A stretch of DNA of 64,000 nucleotides from Trichosphaerium sp. ATCC 40318 (lineage: Eukaryota; Protista; Tubulinea): assembly GCA_038496445.1 (NCBI GenBank), contig JALMLS010000640.1, forward strand, positions 95,135 through 159,134. Direction: 5' to 3'. Position numbers and translations under genes: made by a program. Position 1 is the stretch's first letter; each line of letters begins with the position of its first letter. Below the pieces are notes generated by a model. The model did no database searches. It worked only from the letters and a program-made list of their open reading frames with translations, and was not told the DNA's origin. This document shows, one piece after another, positions 48,528 to 62,700 of this stretch.

Positions 48528-48980
48528 AGATGTCTGAAAAAATGTTCCCAACAGCAACGTAATAGAAATTCGTGTATACAAGCGAATACAATACACGTTT
48601 GTGTTGGTGCCAGGCTTGCTCGTTTTACAAAAAGATTGCGACATCGCAGATAAGGCAAACAACACTTAAAAAAAGCCGAATTTCGGTATTTTTTTCTTTT
48701 TTTTTGGTTTTGTTTTTACAAGTGTATATCTGCTTTTGTTGGTGCGATAGCATTGAATATTGACAAAGAATTATTGCAACAACATACATAGAAGGGAAAA
48801 AATGAGGAGAGAAAAGACAAAAGAATAATTACTCCAATGATACTATATACGTCTTCTGTAGAGTAACGCTACGCGTGAATGAGCATTTAAATAACAAAAA
48901 AAGTGAAAGCAACAAAAATAAATCATCAAACAAAAAAACAGAAAAAAAAAAAAGAAGCCCGTACTCAATTTGCCAACAGT

Positions 48981-50020
48981 TTAGTTTGCTGCTTGTTTCT
49001 TTCCTTGCTTTTGACCTTTATTTTTCCCTTGTTTTTGGTTTGTATTTTTACCTGTGTTCTTTGATGGTGGAAGACCTGGTGGAGGTACTGGAATAGGTAT
49101 TTCACAGCTCTTGTATTCGTATCCTGCAATATTCTGTTCAGCGCTATAATATACTGGTTTCTTTATGTTAAGCATGTAACGTTGGTAATCACGTCGTCCA
49201 GCAAGCCTCTCAGGAGAGAAGGTATCACGGTAGAACCTAAAAAAATCATCAATTTTCAAAAAAAAAAAAAAGCGGTCGAAAAGAAGTCACCAAGTAGCGT
49301 TTTGTTTTGGAAGAATTTTGTTTAAACTTACCGTCCAGGATGACGAATACCCAGTCGTTGAAGCATATGGAATATTGTCATATTACCTTTGCGTTGTAAA
49401 TGGTCAAACTTATTTTTTCTCATCAACCAATTCTGTGTTAATATCTTGTTTCTACGTGCTACTTTTGCGTAACGTTTTGAATGAGGGTCAAGATGAGCTA
49501 CAAAAGTGAGCGCTCGTCAGTATTTTTTGTGAAAAATGTCAACTTGTTTACGTACAAGATGGAAAACTTACTAGACCTTCGCTGTCAAGTCTTTGGTATT
49601 TTTTGAACCATTCTGGCTTCTCAGCACCCTCTTTTACCCAAGGTGGCTCCAAATCGCGTTTTTCGCCTTCGACCGCTTCTTGCCATTGATTCAGATCAAA
49701 TGCTTTGACACCAACTAGTAATCATGGCGATTAGTGTGAAATCAATTAAATAGCTCAGCGATATTTAAAATAGTGGACAGTATGCGTATATACACGAGCT
49801 ATTGGAGTTTGGTGGGTCGCAAAAAAATAATCGTGAATTTAGCGCTAATAGAGTATTCATATGCATAGCACGCACCTGCTGGTCCACCTTTACCCTTTCC
49901 TTTTTTTCCTTTCTTTGCACGTTCAGGCAGCGCACCCCGCGCAGTCTGCATACACGAAATACGGTACAGCATCTTGTTAGTGCGTAGCCGTCCTAAAAGC
50001 TGAAGTCCAACTTGCGTCAA
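48981..50020 (-). CDS. Hypothetical Lys-rich protein, possibly mitochondrial (start uncertain)
   Basis: Arg-rich presequence-like N-terminal segment, AKKGKKGKGKGG, several GT-AG-bounded exons, basic C-terminal tail. Confidence 0.5.
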
Positions 50021-50293
50021 CTCTGTGAATATTTATACCTCAATGTATCATATCTCTACAAGGTTAAATTACCATGAAAACACTAGGGGATTTGAGGGTT
50101 TGAAAAACATGTGCGTGTTGCATGTACGTTACTTTTACTGCAAACATGCACTGCTATGCGCGTCATGAATGAACAAGCATTTGAAGAAGTGACATTAGAC
50201 CAACAGTGTAACGATTGATGACTATTTTTAGTCAAAATAGTTTCTAAAAGTCCATAAATTTTATTTTAGTAACTTGAACAACATAACAAATAA

Positions 50294-53200
50294 ATGTCGG
50301 CAAGACCAAGGCCAAAAGGGTGCGTTTTGAGAAGAGTTTGTAATTATTTTGCGCAACCAACACACAGCCACATATTACTTGTATCAATTAACCTAACGCG
50401 TACTAGTGGGCGTAAGGCAGGATTTGTGACGCTTCGCATTCAAAATCAGCAACAAGAAGTATTTTATGAACGTAGCGAAGAATGCAAGGAATGGGTAGAG
50501 AATGTCCTTGAAACAACGTTTGATGTTAGTAGTTTTTTTTTAACTGTTAAAAATGTTCTTAACTTAGTTACGTAGACTGATGACACTCACGAGATTCTAC
50601 GAGATGGTGTGGTGCTCTGTCAGTTAATTACAGCTATTTTCCCTCATAAACAGCTTATAAAGAGCTATCACCCTCCAGGTACCGTTACTCCTAGTATATA
50701 CTTTCCCGCCTATGTAGGCAACTTACTCTGTTAAAAAGGCAGTTTTCCTGCTTTACTGATAGACAACATCGCGCAATTCCTCAATGTCATGAAAATGATG
50801 GGCTTTAAAAGTGTGGGTAAGCGTATAAAAGCAGTTACTTCAGTGTTTCTATTTCAAGTTCTGAGACCTTGGCCATTAAACCGATCTCTTACGCTATTTC
50901 AGACATATTCGAACCTGCAGAACTGCTCGAAGGAACAAACGTTAAACAAGTAGTTGACACTATCTACGCTTTAGCTCAGGTACCTAATAATGCCACTCTA
51001 TGCGCCTCCTAACGTGTATCAGTTGGTGGACAGTAAGGGTTTCGCCGTTAAATGGAACCATCATGGCAAAAAGTATGCGTTGTCCAAGGAAAGCGAGAAA
51101 CAACTCAAAGCTGTACGCGAAAAGGCAGAAAACAGCGATCTGTTTCAATTCGAAGCGCCCGAAACTGAACGAGAAGCAATACAATGCATAATGCGTGGTC
51201 CTGGACTACAGACAGGTGTTGTGGGTACTGAGACATTCTTTACAATCGAAACGGAACAAACAGACAAGACTCGCGTCACGGTGGATCAAGAGCACTTTGA
51301 GGTTCGTTCTAGGGCTTAAAATCAGACACTAAGAGCCGTTTTAGATCAGTGTTGTGAGTAACTCTGCTGCCAGCGTCCCGACACCATTCTCTGTAAGCCA
51401 ACAAGCGTACGCCTAGGTCTTAGACTACGTACAGCTTACTTACAGACCTTTTGTAGAGATGGTACTTATGTTGTTCGCCTGACACCTCAAGAACCCGGTG
51501 AGCACTCTATCACAGTAAAACTTGATGGAAATATCGTTACTGGAGACGCTTTGCATGTTCAATACGAAGCCAAACGTGAGTGTTTGCGTTTTTCTCTTTT
51601 TTCTTACTTTTCTAACTTGTTAATGTAGCGGAGAGTGCTCGTAAAGTACAATCAGAGTATAAGGTTGTTACTGGACATCAATATGGAGAGTTTAATGCTG
51701 TAAGTAGCAAGAAGTTTGTTGAACTAAGAAGAACGTTGACAATTTTATTTTTTTTTTAGCAAGAAGTCAACAACAAAAAATTGAATTACTCTGTTTCCAT
51801 CAAAGGTGCGAATAAGGGTAAGTTGGGTGATACCTTGCGTCTAGTAGCTCAAGTACTACTTGATGGGGTTGCCGTTAATGCACCTATTCCTGATGATGGG
51901 TTTAAGGTAGGATGTCATGGCTGTCTCTTTTTTACTGACTTTTTTTTTTGAAATAGTTGTTTGCTGGTTCAAAACAAGCGCTTGTAGATTGGCATAAGGA
52001 TCCTGAAGTTATTGGTAAATATAGGGTAATCTTTACTCCTGTTATTTCAGGCGATATCACTATCCAGGCGTTCGTAAATGGCGGGCCAGTCAAGGATTCA
52101 TTTACGGTAAGTTTGGAAAAAAAAAAAACAACTTTTGAGATGTTAATGAACTCTTTAGATTTCGGTTACTGAAGATGCTACACCTGTTAAAAACGATGAA
52201 CTTGATGCTAAAGGCAATACAAATCTTCATAAAGCTGCAGAAAATGGAGATAAGTACGGTACAATCCGTATATTGCAGCAATACCCAAAAGCCGTGCGTG
52301 TTTGAGTTTGTTTGTATCAAGCTGTTTACTTATTTTTTATTTGCTCAGGTGGAAGGCAAGAATAAAGATGGTTGGACACCTCTCTACACTGCTGCATACT
52401 CTGGACAAACAGATATTGTTAGAGTGCTCATAGAGAGTGGAGCGAAAGTTGATAAACAAGAAAAACGTGGATGGGGTCCTTTGTTCGCTGCTTGCTTCAA
52501 AGGACATCTTGATATCGTTAGGCTCATGGTTAAGAATTACGGTGCTGATGTTAATCTACAAGAGCAAGGCGGTACAACAGCGCTATACCATGCGTCAGCA
52601 GAAGGTACGTTCACCATAACTCAACAGCATTTTTTTTGGGTTTTTTTTCAATTTAATGTTCACCCTGCTTCTTCTACCTTTCACGCTTTTGATGTTTTGT
52701 TTTTTTTTTACAGGACGTGCTTCTATTGTATCGTTTTTGTTGAAAAGCGGAGCTGATCCAAACAAAGGAGAAAAGGTACGAATTAAATGAGAATTTATTC
52801 CAAAACAAACAACTGTTTTGGGCGTGTCAAGGTCTTATCTTTCTTTTAGGGTGGTTGGAAGCCTTTGCATGTTGCTTGCTCTAGAGCAAAGATTGATTGT
52901 ATTCGTATGCTATTAAAATACAAAGCAAAGATTAACGCTAAGAATTCGTTGATAAAAGGTATGAGAAAAAAATAAGAAAGGCTTCAAGTTGATTTTTGAC
53001 TGTTTTTCTTTAGGTTATGCACCAATACATATTGCTTTGGGTCTAAAGGATACTTCTAAAGATCTTCAAAAGCGTATTATAACGCTTCTTATTGATTTCG
53101 GAGCTAGTCTTACAGCAAGGAATAATAAAGGATTTACGCCTTTGCATCTTGCTGTTTACTTCCGAAGGAATTCATTAATCAGACTTTTACTGAATCATGG

Positions 53201-53486
53201 TGCTGATATGAATGCTGAAACTGATAGTGGTAAGACACCACTACAGTTAGCAGCTAGTATGGGTAACAGAGAGATTGCCAACGTACGGTTTATCAACACA
53301 AAATGTTTTCTTTTTTTTTTTTTTTTTTTTTGTATCTTGAAGTTTGTTTTCTGATGTTTTTTGTTTCAGTTTCTTGCTGCCAAGATGGGTGTTAAAGTAC
53401 CTAAGATTAAAGCACAAAAAGATATAAAGCTTACTAGTGCTGATATGCCAGATCGCGTACCGCGACCTAAAAATACGTCTGTTTGA
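50294..53486 (+). CDS. Calponin-homology + filamin Ig-like + ankyrin-repeat protein
   Basis: CH (EWVENVL...LRDGVVLCQLI...IDNIAQFL...IFEPAELLEG), filamin (GPGLQTGVVGTETFFTIET...DGTYVVRLTPQEPGEHSITVKLDG), ankyrins (GWTPLYTAAYSG, GFTPLHLA, GKTPLQLA). Confidence 0.88.
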
Positions 53487-53933
53487 ATAAAGACGACAAC
53501 CTTGTTTATTGTATTGAATATTTGTTTTTGTATCTATTTCTGGCGTCAATGTGTCTTTTGTTATCGATCGTGGTTTCCACTATCGCGGTAAATAATAGAC
53601 CGAAACATTAAAACAACAAGACGCTGCATTTATACATGAGTCAAGCGGTGCAGCTCAGAATTTGTTTTTTTTTTTCTTGACCGAAGTGATTTTTTTTATC
53701 TGGATGTATTATGATTCGGAAATATGGTACAATGATCGTCTCATAGAAAAGAGGCTGAGCGTTATTTTACTATTTCGCTCTGAAACCGTCTTTTCTTGAG
53801 TCGCGATTTTATTTACAATTATTTTTTTCAGAGCGTTTTCTTCTGTTTTGGATATTATGGTACGTCACGTGCAAGGCATTCGATTTTTTTACCTTTGTTT
53901 TTTGCTGTTGTTGTTCTGTACAAAAATCATTTT

Positions 53934-54513
53934 CTATTGATTACGTGCACGCCTTGAATTAATATGATGTATAGACGCGTCTCTTTTATGACCAATTAGA
54001 ATTTGTCTTGGTTTTAGGGGTTTTGTTGTATGTCTTCTTAAATTTTTATTTATCTGCTTCTCTGTGCGCTCCCAAGCATCAATTGATTCAGAAAGTTCTA
54101 ACAAAAATCGCCCGGTACGTTTAGTAGTAATCTCAGGAACACTATTTACAAAAACCAAGTAAGCACGTGACGACAAAGAGGCAGAAAAAGGAAATCAAAA
54201 AAAAATAGGGAAAGTAATTAAAAAGAAGTGCTTACTCTTCAATTGGTTCGTCCTCCCAGTCAAAGTATAGCATCTAAATACGATAAGTAATCAACCCTCT
54301 ACTAGCGCCGAGTGGTAATTCGGCTCGTACATTAACATAATCTTCAATCTCGCACTGAGAAACAGCCTCTAAGTCACGATCTTCATTTCTAAACGTTTCG
54401 AGGTCAGCCCGGTTGGTTACGGTTAAAGTAATTTACCTATGAGAACAAAGAATCAAGTCTGTTGATGTACTACGACGCAATGGTCTTGGTTCTATATTTC
54501 TCCAGGATGCCAT
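53934..54513 (-). CDS. Small hypothetical protein (about 4 exons)
   Basis: ATG at 54513 (MASWRNIEPRPLR) with spliceable GT-AG introns into ORF 53934-54176. Confidence 0.5.
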
Positions 54514-55143
54514 GATGTAGTAATTGTTTGATGAATGAAGAATTTTCGAAGTTTTTGAGAAGTCAACGTTTTTATGGTTTCCATGAAAAGTAGCGATAAA
54601 TATTACATCACGTGATGGTTTTCGGCACGCTTAGGCTCTACTGGGAAAAATTACGTTTTAATTCAAAACACCCAAAGCTACATAACTGTATACTAAACGT
54701 GACGGTTCGGGTTAAAAGATGAACTCAAAAAATGAGCCCAATAGGGATATGATGGCGTCTATTTGTTCATTCACATACTACACAGAATACTGCAAAAATA
54801 CCTCCGGGATACGCGACATACGAAAGGGAAATGAATACGTACTGTCTCTTTTCCCATACGTTGTGTACAATTTGGTTTTTTCCTTGACATTGTGGGCTTG
54901 CAAAGAGCTCGTTTTTAGGCTCAAAGACGCCACATACTATGAGAACAAAGGAAGAAAACAACATCTCTCTTTACGCCGAAAACGTCATCTACGTCATGGC
55001 GCAGGTACGCTGCGACACCAATGCGTAGGTTAAACCAAACGTTATGAGGATGATAGAAATCGATGCAGCACTCACTACAGCAGCTTTCAAGAAAAAAGAA
55101 ATACCAGCACAGGATAACCAAAGTGCATTAGTTACAACTTCGC

Positions 55144-55940
55144 TTATTGAGGCGTTAAGAACCTACCAAATATATCAATGGTAGCTGTAGATGTTTTACC
55201 ATCGGAGTTAGCGTTGATTTGAGCTGTACCAGCCATATAACCTGTGGCACCTAGCGAAGAACTTACTTTAAAAAGGGAAAAAAAACGTTGGCACAAATGT
55301 TAAGTTGGACGTACCTTTAAAGTTACCAACGCCTGTTGTTACGTTCCACACGGCACCACCATACGTCGTTAGACCATCTGTGCTCGAAAAGGTTTGGCCT
55401 GGTGTACCAGAGGTGAAGTAAACTACATGTGGTTCTGATGTATGGATACCAAATGAGATGTTACCTAGAAGGCCAAATATTAGCGAGATCAACCACTCTG
55501 GCTCAGCGTTACCGAAAGCTACAAACAATGAAGGGCTTAGAGTTTCCACAGTAAGAAGTAAATCAGCCTAAGAACCATGAGAAGAAGAATCATAAAAAAG
55601 ACTTCTTGAGAGGTTTTTTTTTTTTGGATTTTTTTTTTGTTTTCTTTCGCTTACTTTTGTTCCAAGTTTGTTAACGACTTGCTAAATGAACTCATTAGTA
55701 AAAAATTATCACGTGATTTAAATAAAAATAAAGTACCAAATCCTCTACACCGTTTTGTACGTTCACAAGGGTAGTCAAATCTTGGGATCCCGCTTTACAA
55801 ATGAACTGACTGAACGCAGAGTCCATGTCGAAGCCTGTACAACCGAATTGAAGAGCCCATGTCGTAGATTTGTACTGTTGGAGGTAAACAGTTGATAAAA
55901 AGCAAGTAATGGCAACAAAGAGAAGCGTCGATCTATTCAT
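55144..55940 (-). CDS. Secreted beta-rich protein, dirigent/allene-oxide-cyclase-like C-terminal motif
   Basis: Signal peptide MNRSTLLFVAITCFLSTVYL. WNVTTGVGNFK|GATG resembles the GGxGxFxGAxG barrel motif. Confidence 0.55.
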
Positions 55941-56960
55941 TTTTGTGTTTGATAGAAAATGGGGAAGAAAGAGTGAGACCAATGGGTTTTATTGGCTTCC
56001 CAAACAGAACTATTGAAAGCGAAATATAGACCAATGGTAATTAGGTATTGCTTTGTATACTGGCTATATCTTTGGCTATAGCCACCGCCATCCTATGAAC
56101 ATACTACGGAATTAGATAGTGACAAATCAGCCAACGGGATTTTACCTGAAATAACGATACGCCTGATTTTTCGGGACGGTTTGTGAACACAGGTAGCCTT
56201 TTGCAACTCTGCAAGCTATACCATTAGTATCCTTATGGAGTACTTTACGTGAGCATAAGAACGGAAAGTCACGTGCGTGCTACTAATCGGGAGCGGCTGT
56301 TTAAAAAGTAGGCTTAACGTTACAATAAAATAGCGTTATTTCAGGTCAGATCCACAGGAAATTAGCTTGCAAAAGAAATGTTACCATGATACCAAATAGA
56401 CCTGTACAAGAAGTACCTACACAACAAAAGGCAATCCACAAGCGGAAGTCGAAACATGTCAGAAGAAAGATGCAAATAACGGACAAGAGTTCACATAGCA
56501 ATAACTATAAAAGGGCATACCCCAGGTTCTCTGGATAATCTGTGTTGTACGGACCTATACCACTAATATGTAAATCCGGATTGGCGAAAGATAAAAAATT
56601 AGTGCAAGTCCTAATAGAACAAGAATATAGAGAAAGTTTTTTTCAAGATCATCTCAATTTCAACACTTGTTCTGGTTCCTACTAACCCACAGATCCAACT
56701 AACTCTTGTCGGTTTTACTTTGGAAATAACTTAGTGCATTGCTGTTAGTACAAATACACCTCATCTGTAGAATGTACTGCTAAAAATGAGATTTGCGCCA
56801 AAACATGTACAAATCCATCGTCAACTTCTTTAGAAAACACTGCACAACGGTCTTGCACGCTTGCTCGGTGTTGTAAAGAAGTTGACGGTAAGATGGGTGA
56901 AAACTGTTCAAAACAGTGAACTTAATTGCATTACAACTCTCTGTCACGCCCAAATCTCCA

Positions 56961-58224
56961 ATGAACCTAGCAGCCAAGTATTTGAGGATACCTAACAGGG
57001 TTTGCGTCGTTACAGGCGCTAATCGCGGTGTTGGCCTTGAAACCGCTAGAGGTATGGTTAACACCACTATCGCTATTGATTACGCTATAGGACTTGCTTT
57101 AAAGGGCAATACAGTTGTTCTCGCTTGCAGGGACGAAAAATTAGCAAAAGAGGCTGTAGAAGACATCAGTACGCGCAATGATAGTTTATTACATAAAAAA
57201 CCAACAAATGCTTATAACGCATAGAATCAACCAGAAAAGTAGACCCAGAGTCTGTAAGCTACATGCCAATTGACATATCATCACAAGCGTCAATTAGAAA
57301 ATTTGCCACCGCTTTCAGCAGAAAATACAGGCATTTGGACGTTTTAGTAAACAATGCGGCCATTGCTGGACCTTCAAAACAACAAAAGAGGTACTTAGTG
57401 CTTATTACTTTATTTTTGAACTTCAACCGAAATTATACTTGGCGCTAATCACTCCAAAGTGTTGATAACTTAGACATCGTTTTTGGTACTAATGTTATGG
57501 GTCCTTTTGCACTCACTAATCAAATGTTGCCATTTTTGAATAAAAGTAAGGCTGGACGCGTAGTAAATGTAGCAGCTAGTACGTTCAATTGCAATTGTAA
57601 ATCCAATTCGCTCGAAGATTGTTTAACCTCCACACTTCTTTTCTTCTCAGTCTTCATTCATTTCTTTTGTATTACGTTGCTGTGGCGCCTAACATGGTTA
57701 CAATTAGACTACGTTGGCGCTGTTGATGTCGAAGATTTGAACTTTGAGAAGCGACTGTATAATCCTCTTTCAGCATACAAACAGAGTAAGCAAGCTGTAA
57801 GAATGATGAGCGAAGTGCTTCATGAATATTGTAAAGAAAACGGATCAGGCATCCATGTTCATGTTATGACGCCTGGTACTGTAAAAACAAAGGTACATGA
57901 ACACTACTAGTACCTTTTCAAGTGCGCGTAACACTTTTTTTCTAGCTTTTGGCAGATCTCGGTTTCAGTGGAGGAAAACAACCTGATATTCCAGCAGAAA
58001 TTGCTGTATATCTTTCTACGCATCCTGAACTTGAAGGTTTATCTGGTGCGTAGTGATTGTTTTTTTTTTTGTTGTTTTTTACTGCTGCTTTGTTAACATG
58101 GATCTTAGGACGGTTTTGGGACGGTGTTTGCAATCGTTATCATTTAGCCGCAAATAGAAAAGAAAACCGTTTATTGTGGAAGAAGTTACAATCATGTTTG
58201 AGACCAGTCGAAGAACTACAGTAG
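56961..58224 (+). CDS. Retinol dehydrogenase/WWOX-like short-chain dehydrogenase
   Basis: VVTGANRGVGLETA, VVLACRD, LDVLVNNAA, GTNVMGPFALT, GRVVNVAS, catalytic YKQSK, TPGTVKT. Confidence 0.9.
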
Positions 58225-58477
58225 AAAAGAAAACAATCTTTCCAAAAAAAAATTAAAGGTTCAAAATGGCATTGTCAAACTTGTTCTCAAGATTTCTTTC
58301 GTTGAAGATAATAATTATCAACGAAATTATGCCTCATACGTAGTAACGTTGCCTTGGACACTCATGATAACTGTATCTACAAATTTTACTCACACTGTAT
58401 TGAATAAATCGCTTGCGCGTTACTTTTTCTTGACCATTCTTTTTTTTTAAAGGCAGTACTTTTTTGACGTTACGAAC

Positions 58478-59251
58478 ATGGAAAACCCGGAAGAATATCC
58501 TATCAAACAGCTACCAAAGGATAAGTATCTTGAAGGAGAGGATCTAGAGAATATAGAGATCTATAAATCTAAAGTAAAGAGTCTTCGTGAAGCTTCTATT
58601 GCAATAGAGGATGGTGTTTCATCAGTTACAACAGATGTACGCGTAATCAGCGTTATTAAACTGACTTCACTCAGGATATACACACAATATGGACAGTACT
58701 CTTCTCACCATCAGATATACCTTGTTTGAGGACTAGTGTACTATATGGAGCGATGGCAGCAGGTGCCATGTGTTTTTTCCGTGGTGTCATTCTTAGAGGT
58801 ACGACAACGCCCATATCATCCACAAAAAGGTTAAACTGAACGTAAAAAGCGTAAATTAAATTCGCCTTTTTTATTTTACTGTCAGCCGCTTTAATCGTAT
58901 TTTTAGTACCGCCAAGTATTGGCAATTGGGGCCTTATTACTGGAACTGTTGTATTTGGTGGTTACTGGCATGTGTCACTCAAAAATTTTATTTTTCTCAT
59001 TTTCCTTCAGGCAATACTGTAGATCTCGATATTGGCGTGCCAGGGTAACACGTAGAGCAATGAATGATATGGCAACACACGAACAAGCAAGAAAGGACGC
59101 AACAGCAGTGAAGACGCCGAGTGGAGCGGTTAAAAAAATACAGAAGCCTTATTATGCCCCAAAGGGTAATCCAAGACGTACTGGTATCACGCAGGAAGCT
59201 GTCGACAATGACGCAGTCGTTATGCCAAAGGATGAAGTGCACAATCTGTAG
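58478..59251 (+). CDS. COX20: Cytochrome c oxidase assembly factor COX20-like
   Basis: IPCLRTSVLYG, two TM segments, GNWG...GGYW|QYCR. The last junction needs a GC-AG intron at 58968-59010. Confidence 0.7.
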
Positions 59252-59784
59252 ATATTTTTTTTATAACCTCAAAAGGGGTAAACGTAACATCCATAGACAA
59301 CGCAAGCGTATATGGGCGATCTTGAGTCAGTTTTTCCGCGCTTCCGCGCGTATGACAGTGTACTAATAACTATTATCTTAATTATATTCAAACAGATACC
59401 CTACTATCATACTAACCAATAAAATCACTATTGGAGTAGGATTTGTATACAAAAAAGTAAAAATATTTTGACGTCAAATCATCTGTTTGCAAATAAGGAA
59501 AATTACTCTTAAAGTAATATACACTCTCTAGTTTTACGTGTAAGCCTAAAATCATGAGTTTCGTTTAAATTTATGTTTGCATCGTTGCTTGAACACAAAA
59601 ACTGAAGTGAAGAAAAAGCGAGAAAATAACTACTCTGTAAGGTTTAAAACGCGCCAAGGGCGCAAGGCAATACAGCCAATTGGTCTACCAACAAGCCAGG
59701 TGGAAATATGTACGTAACCGAGTACTATCTAGTTAGATAATTACACTTTTAAATTATATGCTCTAAAACGTATATAAGCATAAA

Positions 59785-62700
59785 ATGGCAAGCGTAGAAG
59801 TGCGTATGAGAACTAAACAACAAGAAATATCAGTATTACGATGTAAGCAAGCATTGGACTGGTTACAACGCGCTTTGAAGGTTGAATTTAAGGTTCGTTG
59901 ACATTAAAACAAAAAAACTGTGCAAACACCAAAACCGGCGCTATTTTGCCTAAAACGATAGAAAGATTGTTACTTGCTCATTTATATTGACAAACGCGCA
60001 TTTTATGACAATAAACAATCTAACGTTTTTTTTTTTAGCCTGACGACACTTTTGAAGCAGTTATAAAGGATGGTGTTGTACTATGCAAGTTAATGCGTAT
60101 TATATCACCACACAAACACACTATTAAAAAAATATACCCTTCAGACAGTAGAGCACCTCGTTTACGTCATAATATATCATCGTTTATTGAATCATGTAAG
60201 TTGATTGGCTTCAAAGGAATGGGTACGTTAGTAGAGAGCCAAAGAAGAAAGTTTTTTTTTATTTTTTTATTTGATGTTTTCTTCCGTCTGAGAGGACGTG
60301 TTTTATTCTTGTTTGGTTGTTTAAGAGTATTATTAAACTTTATTAAAATAATTGTTGATTGTAGAGCTTTTTGACATAAACGACTGTTATCATGGCGCTC
60401 ATATTGAACGCGTTGCGAATATTGTTCATCGGTTGTCTCAGGTGCGTCCTGATTTTTTTTCTCTCTTTTCGGAAATTTTGTTGCATTTCGTTTGAATGCC
60501 TCTGTGTAGTTTAAAAACAATTCTTTTGGTACAATGGAACCAAACGCGTTTTTGGGTTTTTTTGTTCAAATTATTCGAAGTTGGCACTTTTCTTTCTTGT
60601 ACCACCTCGAAAGTGGCCTATACTCTTCGAGAATATAGATCCAATAGGACTATGTAAATGGGCGGAGTTGTGGAGAGAATTGAAATGTGACAACTTTGTA
60701 GAGCTGATGACAAGTTGATGTTGTTTAATTTTTTTTTTGTTTTTTGGTTTTTTTGTTGTTTTATCCTTCTTTGTTAATACTTGTATTACTAGCTTGTTGG
60801 GATGGAAGGCTTTAAAGAGAAATGGGAGTATGATGCAGAAGAACCTAAACCTCAGATAGATGCTTCTGTAAAGAAACTATTAAAACAACGCGAACTCGAA
60901 GGCGTCGATGAACATTGGGATGACAATAACACTGGCAAGCAAATAGCGAACGGAAAACATGAAAGCTCTGACGATGATAACAACGAAGAGGAAAATGAGA
61001 AAGAAATCGAACAAGCAAACGGAGACACTGACAATGTCGATGACGAAGGTGACAAAGAAATGTTGCATGGAGCTGATGACGATGCTAAAGAAATTGAAAT
61101 TGCGAACCGAGATGAACCTATTATTGATTATGAAAATGATGTAACGATAGAAGCAGTATCAAGTGATGATATATCAATAGAAGAAGCATCTAATGATAGT
61201 AGTGAAGAAGAAGAAAGTGAAAAATTTATGTTACAAGAAGATGTTGGTTCTGATTTAGCTCAACTCAGTGACTCGTCAAGTGAGTCTCAATCTTCAAGTC
61301 ATGATGTACGGAAAACGTCAACAAAGGCTGAACCGAATGGTGATATACTTGAAGGACTCATGAAACATGCAAACTTGGAACATATTGATATTGAAACAGC
61401 GATCAGCAAGTTGACAAACTCTGCTAGAGCGAACCGTAATTCAGCACGTCTTACACTTAGTCCGAGAGTTACAATGAGCCCACGTTCGTCTATAACGCTT
61501 CAAAATGGTGAAATGGTTGAAGAGCATGCATGTACGTTGAGCTGACTAGGAAATGTTGGCGGTTTTATTTGCTTTTCCTCAAACTATTTTTTTGGTTTTG
61601 ACACTTGTTTTTAGCACTTAAGTGCCAGATTGCTGGTGTTAAGAGAGGAGCTGCCGGTGAACCATGTATTATGCTTGTGCTTATACTAAATGGCAGGAAT
61701 GATGAGGTTTGGATTGATCCTAAGCATGTTCAAGTACGTAAAAAAGTTTGAGTTTTAGAGTCTCGAAGTTTTCTTTTTTTTTTTTCAATGGTTTTGTGGC
61801 GAAGAGTGCTGTCTTTCAATTAGGATTTTTATTTTGACTTACGTATGATAGGTTCTTGTTAGGAATAAAGAAACTGAAAATGATATTAAAGTTGAAATCA
61901 TCCAAGATCAGACGTAAGTAGAATACAATATTTTTGTTTCGCTGTTTTTTTTTGTTGTTGTTTTTTAATGTTATTTTAATCATTTAGTTGTGGTCATTTT
62001 GATGTTACGTTCACTCCTGGAGAAGGTGATTTCACTTTTGATATGAGGCTCAATAATAAACCTGTAAAAAGAGAACCATTAGGTATGATTTTTTATCGAT
62101 GAAAAGAGGAAGACATTTTTTATGTTCTTTTTATGTTTGTATGTTGTGTATGTTGTGTCTGATGTTTCTTATTTTAGTGTTAACGTTCGAGCAAGGTGTG
62201 TCTGATATAGAGTGTTATGTGATATTGGTACTCAACGTTTTAGCTAACACTCTTTTTTTTATTAGATCCTTTGCATGAGCCTATATATTTCAAGTTGACT
62301 TCTGATTTTGTTGATGGGTATTATGATATTCTATCAAAGGTATGTGTTTCTGCAGCTTTTCATTAAGTGTCATATTTATAAAACTTTTAGATTGATGTCT
62401 CTACTACACCTGTGGTACCTCCTTTAGAGGAGGAGCCTCCAGAAGAAAAAGAAGAAGTTGATCCTTTTGAGTTTAAGGAAGTCAAAGGTAAAGGCTTTCC
62501 GCTTGTCTCGATCTTCGATGTGCTTGATCGTTTGATTATTTACATATTTTAGTTGTAAGTGGTTCAATAGAAGAACTAAAGCATACTGTAAATGAAGGCG
62601 AGTCAGCCAAGTTTATGCTGAGGTTACAGAGCGAGAACGATGATGACTTTACTGGTATCCCTGATATTCAGGTATGTATTGTGCTTTGGCTTTCTTTCTT

